Shown here: in pieces, positions 58,058-63,609 of the stretch
How positions within the stretch are numbered: position 1 is the stretch's first letter
Layout of the letters: the number at the start of each line of letters is the position of its first letter
Source: a virus
Lineage: Duplodnaviria > Caudoviricetes
Length of the DNA: 63,609 bases
IMG/VR virus record: IMGVR_UViG_3300042892_001063
Span: 1 to 63,609 of that record
Strand: one strand, 5' to 3'
Program-made: the position numbers and the translations under genes
The notes under the pieces: generated by a model
Told to the model about the DNA's origin: nothing
The model's input: the letters and a program-made list of their open reading frames with translations, nothing else
The model's database searches: none

Positions 58058-58080
58058 AAAAGGGGTAACTTAATACCCCA
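58058..58080 (-). terminator. Probable terminator hairpin
   Basis: GGGGTA...TACCCC followed by TTTT on the - strand. Confidence 0.55.
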
Positions 58081-58087
58081 TATTTAT

Positions 58088-58243
58088 TTATTGTCTAAAT
58101 GCTCTTGAAGCATTTCCCGGAGCTTCCTTTTCAGGAACAGCTACGTTTAGTGATACAGGAGTAACTTCTTCAGCTACTACTACTATGTCCACTATTGTTT
58201 CGTCAATAGTGACATCTTTTGCTTTTGCTTTTGCTTTTGCCAT
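58088..58243 (-). CDS. Small protein (51 aa, not in ORF track)
   Basis: MAKAKAKAKD...PGNASRAFRQ. Confidence 0.6.
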   Translation of the reverse strand: MAKAKAKAKDVTIDETIVDIVVVAEEVTPVSLNVAVPEKEAPGNASRAFRQ

Positions 58244-58253
58244 TTTCCTTTAT

Positions 58254-58454
58254 TTAACAAATGTTTCCGTAAGGATTAGCTTTTTTAAGTCCTGTTCCTG
58301 ATGCGCCGCTAAGAACTCTTTTAGAAGTTCCTTTGCTACCACCTAACATACTTCCGGTCTCTTTAATTAAACCATTAGTACCATTACCACCGGTGCTTGG
58401 CATCTGCATACGAGATGAACCCGGTAAATTCGGAGTGTCTTTTTCTTTAGCCAT
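58254..58454 (-). CDS. Small Gly/Ser-rich protein
   Basis: N-terminal DTPNLPGSSRMQMP. Confidence 0.65.
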   Translation of the reverse strand: MAKEKDTPNLPGSSRMQMPSTGGNGTNGLIKETGSMLGGSKGTSKRVLSGASGTGLKKANPYGNIC

Positions 58455-58618
58455 TACTTCTTTTTGATTGCTGTTTTTACAATTCCTTTTAAAGCTCCTT
58501 TTACTGCCCCTTTGACAGCTCCTTTAATTGCTCCTTTAATTGCAGGTTTTGCTGCTGATGTTGGCATCTTCAATCTTGATGATGCAGGTAAATCCGGTGT
58601 TGCTTTTGCTTTTGCCAT
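58454..58618 (-). CDS. Small basic KGAx-repeat protein (54 aa, not in ORF track)
   Basis: MAKAKATPDLPASSRLKMP...IKGAIKGAVKGAVKGALKG; TAATG coupling. Confidence 0.7.
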   Translation of the reverse strand: MAKAKATPDLPASSRLKMPTSAAKPAIKGAIKGAVKGAVKGALKGIVKTAIKKK

Positions 58619-58643
58619 TTTAATTTAGTGTTTGTGTTAATTA

Positions 58644-58886
58644 TTATTTTCCTGTTGTGGATGCAAACGATGCCAATCCATACAATTTTCCATCTGATTG
58701 ATTAGTTTTTTCTTTACTTCTTTCAGCTCTTGACGCATTAAGTTTAGCGTTTGATGCGGCTATAGATTTTTGCCTTGCCGAACTTCTCGCGTCAATATCA
58801 GCTAATGCTGATTTTAAATCAGTTATCGGTGCGATAGCATCAGGACTTTTAGATAACGGAGTATCTCTATCTTCTTCTTTTTTCAT
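58644..58886 (-). CDS. Small basic protein
   Basis: N-terminal RDTPLSKSPD. Confidence 0.65.
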   Translation of the reverse strand: MKKEEDRDTPLSKSPDAIAPITDLKSALADIDARSSARQKSIAASNAKLNASRAERSKEKTNQSDGKLYGLASFASTTGK

Positions 58887-58887
58887 A

Positions 58888-59415
58888 TTAACAAGTTTTA
58901 CAAGATGTGTCTTTATTTTTACTACTTGACATTACACCTTTTGAAGAAGTGCTTTTTGCTTTAGCTGCGTTTTCATTAGCTCTTTCTTGGATTCTTTTTC
59001 TGTAAGTATCAAATGATTCACTTTCTGATTTATTCTTTTTGTAATCCTCTATTTTATTTTCAATAACTTTTTCTTTCTGAGTAGTTGGAGTAAATTTATT
59101 CTCAGCTTTCATAAGAGGAGCTTTAATTTCTTCTTTCTTAGCCCCTGCTGCTTTAGGAATAGGAGCTGATGTAATCTCTCTTGAACCTGAAGTTGCTGAT
59201 TTAAACGACGAGCTTTTAGCAGGTGCATCTGAACTTCTACTTAATCTATGTAAAGACGAAGGAGGTGCATTTGATTTACTTGAACCACTCCAAGATTGTC
59301 TGTATGTTATAGCTCCTGTATCAGGGTCAACACTTTGAGTTCTTTTTATTGGCGGGTCTATTTTTGCATCAGGTGTAGCTGCTAACGGAGTATCAGGTCT
59401 TTGATTAATTGCCAT
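58888..59415 (-). CDS. Low-complexity Lys/Ser-rich protein
   Basis: N-terminal QRPDTPLAATPD. Confidence 0.7.
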   Translation of the reverse strand: MAINQRPDTPLAATPDAKIDPPIKRTQSVDPDTGAITYRQSWSGSSKSNAPPSSLHRLSRSSDAPAKSSSFKSATSGSREITSAPIPKAAGAKKEEIKAPLMKAENKFTPTTQKEKVIENKIEDYKKNKSESESFDTYRKRIQERANENAAKAKSTSSKGVMSSSKNKDTSCKTC

Positions 59416-59417
59416 AA

Positions 59418-59627
59418 TTATTGTTGTTGTTGGTTATCAATTAGCTGAGTAGGTTGTGCTTGAGGCATACTTTCTCTTGAAAGCCTTCCTATCTGTTGTA
59501 TAGCAGCATCAGCAGTTGCTTGATACTTACTAATAGGTTGAGAGGGTGCTTGACCCATGGGTTGTAATCCTGAATTAACAGGAGTGGGTTCAGGTGTATT
59601 CGCCAATGGCGTATCAGGTCTTTGCAT
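59418..59627 (-). CDS. Small Gln/Pro-rich protein
   Basis: Start moved to MQRPDTPLANTPE, downstream of the promoter. Confidence 0.65.
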   Translation of the reverse strand: MQRPDTPLANTPEPTPVNSGLQPMGQAPSQPISKYQATADAAIQQIGRLSRESMPQAQPTQLIDNQQQQ

Positions 59628-59648
59628 TGTTATTTGATTTTTAATTAA

Positions 59649-59666
59649 TAACTTTGTACAAATGTA
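59649..59666. promoter_or_regulatory. Face-to-face -7 promoter elements
   Basis: TAACTTTG (+) at 59649-59656 and TACATTTG (-) at 59659-59666. Confidence 0.55.
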
Positions 59667-59681
59667 TAAAAAAAAATTCAA

Positions 59682-60122
59682 ATGAAATCAAATCTTGATG
59701 ATTACCTAAAATATTGGAGAGTGATTCGTAAATTTGCTCAAGTACAATACAAACTAACTCAGTGTGACTTAGATATGTTATTGTTCTTATACTCTGAAAA
59801 GTATTTCGGAAGAGATAAGTTTGATGAGTTTGATAAACTTCTTGGGTGGGATGTAATGCGGTTCCAAAGACTTGTAAGGGAAGAATGGATTGTGAAGTTT
59901 AGAAACCAAGTTGGTAAAAGAAAAGCTTTGTATAAACTTACTCATAAAGCTGAGTCTATGATTCAATCTGTTTACAGAAAACTAAGCGGGGAAGAAATCC
60001 CCGTTAGCTCTGTTGGTAATAGAATATTTATGAAGAACGTACCCTACACAGATAAGGTTTATCGTGATATGATTATTGAGATGAATAAAATTATAAAACA
60101 ACAACGACATCCCGTTCTGTGA
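59682..60122 (+). CDS. Winged-helix (MarR-like) regulator, putative
   Basis: LTQCDLDMLLFL...RLVREEWI...LYKLTHKA; the only credible + strand gene in the late arm. Confidence 0.55.
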   Translation: MKSNLDDYLKYWRVIRKFAQVQYKLTQCDLDMLLFLYSEKYFGRDKFDEFDKLLGWDVMRFQRLVREEWIVKFRNQVGKRKALYKLTHKAESMIQSVYRKLSGEEIPVSSVGNRIFMKNVPYTDKVYRDMIIEMNKIIKQQRHPVL

Positions 60123-60348
60123 TAATCGTGTATTGTTTATCATCAATCAACATTGTAAATCCGTGTCCTTTATCGTAGTAGATGTCATCATCTTTCTTGA
60201 TGTCAGGCACATCTGTTCCTGATGCTATAACTATACCGCGCTTGTAACGCATTTGATTTACATCTTCTCCTGATAGAATCAATCCTGATTCTGTTTTTAA
60301 CTCTTCATCAATTGTCTTGATGACTATAAATTTACCTATGGGTTGCAT
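60091..60348 (-). CDS. groES: Co-chaperonin GroES
   Basis: MQPIGKFIVI...TESGLIL...GIVIASG...ERDVV. Confidence 0.85.
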   Translation of the reverse strand: MQPIGKFIVIKTIDEELKTESGLILSGEDVNQMRYKRGIVIASGTDVPDIKKDDDIYYDKGHGFTMLIDDKQYTIITERDVVVVL

Positions 60349-60470
60349 ATCTTTTCTTTTATTAATTTAATTACTTCTCTAACTTTTGCGGCTCTCTCGT
60401 AGTCTTTTGCGATTACATATTTTGTCTTTAGGTTTTCCAAAGATTCTAATATTGCATTAAGAGTGCTCAT
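60336..60470 (-). CDS. Small UVR-motif protein (44 aa, not in ORF track)
   Basis: KDYERAAKVRE matches the UvrB/UvrC motif. Confidence 0.55.
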   Translation of the reverse strand: MSTLNAILESLENLKTKYVIAKDYERAAKVREVIKLIKEKICNP

Positions 60471-60708
60471 AACCAATATTCCTTAAATTCTTAATAAATT
60501 TCTTCTTGTCTCCATCTTTGGGCTTAAGTAATACATCTACGAAGCCATCGTTGCGACTTTGTAAAACTGTAGTCTCAAACTCTCTGAATATCGGGAAGTT
60601 ATTTAACATCTCATTACACTGCTCAAGTGTATGGCTGTAATTCTTTCCAATTCCTGCTACTTCAACTGTCGCGTAATCAATCCCTCTTATCATAATTTTT
60701 CGATTCAT
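60457..60708 (-). CDS. Hypothetical protein
   Basis: 83 aa in the groE operon. Confidence 0.6.
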   Translation of the reverse strand: MNRKIMIRGIDYATVEVAGIGKNYSHTLEQCNEMLNNFPIFREFETTVLQSRNDGFVDVLLKPKDGDKKKFIKNLRNIGYEHS

Positions 60709-60925
60709 CTTTCCAATTTAGCCAAAATCCAATAGCAACAATAATGTTCATTCCCATAGATGCTACTATCTCATAAAAATCCTCGTAGATATTTACTGTT
60801 AGGTGTACGTGTCCTACCATCCAAAATGGTATTGATAGGTTACACGCCACCCATATTACAGTAAATCGTATGAACTCCTTAGTCCTGAGCTTGCTCATAA
60901 GTACGTGCCAACGTAATTGTAGCAT
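60677..60925 (-). CDS. Small two-TM membrane protein
   Basis: Two hydrophobic helices; start probably MSKLRTK. Confidence 0.6.
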   Translation of the reverse strand: MLQLRWHVLMSKLRTKEFIRFTVIWVACNLSIPFWMVGHVHLTVNIYEDFYEIVASMGMNIIVAIGFWLNWKDESKNYDKRD

Positions 60926-62495
60926 CAGTGCTTAGGATTGTTACAGCTACACTCACTGCATTTTGTAGTGCAGAACGTGTTACTTTAAGTGGGTCAATTA
61001 CTCCCATCTTAATCAAGTCTCCAAACTCTTTTGTTTTTAAATTGTAACCTTGACCCTCAGCGATACCATCTTTATAAATATCCTCTGCTTTTAGTCCTGC
61101 ATTTGCAAGTATCTGTAAGAACGGCGCCATAAGTGCTACCTTTAAAATTGCAATTGCTGCACTATACTCAGCACTTTTATTTACATCTGTAAACAAAGCA
61201 GCTGACTCCTCAAGTAATGCTTTACCTGCTCCGGGAAGAATCCCTTCCTCAAGCGCAGACCTTACTGCACAAACAGCATCATCAACCCTGTCATACAACT
61301 CTTTTTGCTCCAAGTCAGTTTGACCTCCTACGAATATCACACCAATTCCACCTGTAAGCGAAGCAATTCTCTCTAACAAGAAATCCTTCTCTGCTTTCTT
61401 AGTTGCCATCTTGTGTGAGTCCCATAATTGAGACACTCTCTCGTCAATAACTTTTTGGTCTAATTTCAATCCTGACTTGATGATAACAGTCTTGTCTTTG
61501 CTAACAATTATTTTAGCTGCATGACCTAAGTCCCCGTAGTTTATAATACTCAAATCATCTCCTGTTTTCTCACTGAAGTATGTCGCGCCAACACTAATTG
61601 CTATGTCGTGCATTAGCTCGTGTTGCTTGTACCCGAATGCCGGCGGCGCAACGACGCATATCTTCGCGTTCCCTTTTACTACATTTGCAGCAAAAGTATT
61701 TATCACGTTCGTGTTACACGGAGAAATGATTAGAAGTTTTTTACCCTCTGTGATAATTGGTTTCAATACGTTCTCAATCTGAAGGATATTACTAATCTCC
61801 ATATCAGCAACTAATACCATCACATCCTCGAACACACACTCGTCTTTCTTTTGGTCATTGATGAACATCGGACTTAAGTACCCTCTGTCAAATTTCAATC
61901 CCAATGTGGTCTCAGCGTAAGTCTCATCGTTCTGACTTTTCTCAACTGTAACAATTCCTGTTTTACCAACGTCTTTGTAAACCTCAGAGATAATCTTACC
62001 AATCTCTTTGTCATTGTTTGCAGATATAGTAGCTACATCAACTAACATTGTACTCGTAACTCTCTTGCTACGTTTTCTCAACTTATCCACCACCTTGTCG
62101 CTAATGTCCACTATGCTTCTCAAAACCTCTGTCCGGTTCATCTCAGGAGTTATAAACTCAAGTCCGCCAAGTACTAATCCTTCAGTCAAAACAATCGCTG
62201 TAGTTGTACCGTCTCCTGCTGATGAAGCTGTTTTGTCTGCCGCTTCTTTCATCATCTTAACCGCAAGGTTCTCAGATGGGTCAAATAGGTCAATAGCTTT
62301 AGCAACAGTTACCCCATCTTTGGTTACAGTAATTCCGTGCGTGTGGTTCGGACTCTCAATTAGCACTGTATTCCCTCCGGGACCCAACGTACTCTTCACA
62401 GCCTTTGACATTTTCACTACGCCACTGACTAATTTTTTCCTTCCTTGCTCTCCAAAGAACAAATCTTTAGGGGAATAACCTTGATTTTCTAACAT
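60879..62495 (-). CDS. groEL: Chaperonin GroEL
   Basis: STLGP, TKDGVTVA, AGDGTTTA, FDRGYLSP, GVIDPLKV. Confidence 0.95.
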   Translation of the reverse strand: MLENQGYSPKDLFFGEQGRKKLVSGVVKMSKAVKSTLGPGGNTVLIESPNHTHGITVTKDGVTVAKAIDLFDPSENLAVKMMKEAADKTASSAGDGTTTAIVLTEGLVLGGLEFITPEMNRTEVLRSIVDISDKVVDKLRKRSKRVTSTMLVDVATISANNDKEIGKIISEVYKDVGKTGIVTVEKSQNDETYAETTLGLKFDRGYLSPMFINDQKKDECVFEDVMVLVADMEISNILQIENVLKPIITEGKKLLIISPCNTNVINTFAANVVKGNAKICVVAPPAFGYKQHELMHDIAISVGATYFSEKTGDDLSIINYGDLGHAAKIIVSKDKTVIIKSGLKLDQKVIDERVSQLWDSHKMATKKAEKDFLLERIASLTGGIGVIFVGGQTDLEQKELYDRVDDAVCAVRSALEEGILPGAGKALLEESAALFTDVNKSAEYSAAIAILKVALMAPFLQILANAGLKAEDIYKDGIAEGQGYNLKTKEFGDLIKMGVIDPLKVTRSALQNAVSVAVTILSTDATITLARTYEQAQD

Positions 62496-62521
62496 TTGAT
62501 TTGATTTTTAATTGTTATATG

Positions 62522-62529
62522 CAAATATA
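62522..62529 (-). promoter_or_regulatory. -7 promoter element (TATATTTG) for groEL
   Basis: CAAATATA on + strand. Confidence 0.6.
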
Positions 62530-62615
62530 ATACAATTAATTCTAATTAATACCATATTTACAAAAGAATTTGCGATAGCAGTGCAAATAACTTTTAGTGT
62601 AGATTGTAGGGGTAA

Positions 62616-62675
62616 ATGTCGATTTGTGACGATTTATGACGATTTATGTCGAAAAATGTCGGTTTATGTCGGTTT
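62616..62675. repeat. Six tandem 10-bp iteron-like repeats
   Basis: ATGTCGATTT, GTGACGATTT, ATGACGATTT, ATGTCGAAAA, ATGTCGGTTT, ATGTCGGTTT. Confidence 0.8.
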
Positions 62676-62905
62676 AAAACCACGTTAAGTACAGTAAACA
62701 TTGGAAATATGTCGAAATGTGATTTTATTTTTTTATACTCTCTCTCTATAAATACTACTCCTTTCCTTTTTTATTAGAACCTATTCTCTTCTTTTTTTTG
62801 ACATTTTCGACATTAAAAGAATAAAGTATTAATAAAGAGATAGTTACAAAAATCAAGTCGTCGCAAAAACGTCGTAAAACCTAGTCGATTATGTCGATTA
62901 TTAAT

Positions 62906-62934
62906 AAAAAGAAACCCCATAGAGTATATGGGGT
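62906..62934 (-). terminator. Probable terminator
   Basis: ACCCCATA...TATGGGGT followed by a T-rich run on the - strand. Confidence 0.6.
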
Positions 62935-62957
62935 GTTTTTCTTTATGTGGATTTTTG

Positions 62958-63194
62958 TTATTTACAAGACTCTCCCATATCGGAAGACATCTCTCCAAGT
63001 GAAAAAGCAGTAGCCATAGTAGAGATTTTCTCTGCTCTATAAACAGCTTTTCTCAATTGTGCGGCTTGTGCAATTCCCGTTTGTCCATCAGGTCGGTTGT
63101 TAATCAACATACCGTCTTTAACAGTTAATCCATTTAGAGAACCTGCGTTCTTCTGTTGGTAGATACTGTTCTTTAAATTTAAAGGTTGTTTCAT
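62958..63194 (-). CDS. Hypothetical protein
   Basis: 78 aa; promoter element CAAAGATA at 63220-63227. Confidence 0.7.
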   Translation of the reverse strand: MKQPLNLKNSIYQQKNAGSLNGLTVKDGMLINNRPDGQTGIAQAAQLRKAVYRAEKISTMATAFSLGEMSSDMGESCK

Positions 63195-63386
63195 CTTGTT
63201 CGATTTTTAAAGTGAAGGACAAAGATAGTAATTTATTAGGTTAGGGTAGTGTTTGGGTAGTATACCCATTTGACAGCGAGCCACCGTCACAGAAAGTCGT
63301 TATTTTTCGAGGGGGTGGGGTTCTGTTTTTAGCAGTTTACGCCCGTTTTTTTGGCTTTTTAGTACGCTACATTGTAATGCCTTGCA

Positions 63387-63461
63387 TTGCTTCGCCTTAT
63401 ACGTTGGTGTCCTATTGCTTCGCTTCATAGCTTCGCCCGTTGCTTCGCCTTCGTTGCTTCG
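63387..63461. repeat. Five short (TT)GCTTCG repeats
   Basis: Copies near 63387, 63415, 63430, 63440 and 63454. Confidence 0.6.
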
Positions 63462-63482
63462 TTGCAATATGTCGCCTTGTAA

Positions 63483-63609
63483 TTATCCGACAACAAACGA
63501 CTACAAACGACTACAAATGTAAATTATTGAATTGGTTTATATATACATACGCGCGTGTATTACATTATTACGCAAATTTTGAATTTATAAGATACTTACA
63601 AAAGTTGCT
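63483..63609. repeat. Terminal direct repeat, copy 2
   Basis: Identical to 1-127. Confidence 0.95.

Noticed and set aside
62616-62675. CRISPR array
   Set aside because: 10-bp tandem units with no spacers and no cas genes
449-62998. Antisense or nested ORFs in the track (e.g. 4403-4723, 13199-13504, 14429-14869, 26024-26338, 43964-44359, 62008-62478)
   Set aside because: Shadows of well-supported genes, with no motifs or leader context
63483-63609. 127-bp repeat as a biological terminal repeat
   Set aside because: The length equals a standard assembler k-mer, so it most likely reflects circularisation overlap

Overview
The window looks like a complete, circularly assembled ~63.5 kb AT-rich dsDNA phage genome. 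The first 127 bases repeat exactly at the end. The host is probably Bacteroidota (Flavobacteria-like), judged from TAnnTTTG -7 promoter elements and A-rich leaders without Shine-Dalgarno sequences. The + strand arm (459-23101) holds many small early genes, an amidoligase/class II glutamine amidotransferase pair, MazG, a Sak-like annealase with a RecE-like exonuclease, an SPFH protein, an SSB, a primase-helicase, an SF2 helicase and nucleases. The - strand arm (63194 down to 23098) holds GroEL/GroES, a cluster of small basic proteins, lysis genes, a tail fibre, terminase, a GIY-YIG endonuclease, portal, scaffold, capsid, podovirus/crAss-like tail proteins and large putative ejection proteins. 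I see no DNA polymerase, RNA polymerase, integrase, reverse transcriptase or CRISPR array. The most unusual signals are: (1) two arm-truncated tRNA-like folds with a shared 3' tail directly upstream of early genes; (2) an array of small late proteins sharing N-terminal DTPL/TPxLP motifs; (3) an H-type pseudoknot upstream of the SSB gene; (4) duplicated gene-junction sequences bounding small gene cassettes; (5) a split tail protein with inserted Cys-rich domains; (6) face-to-face promoters and a palindromic operator family; (7) an iteron-like array. All product calls come from motif recognition by eye, and no searches or folding were run.
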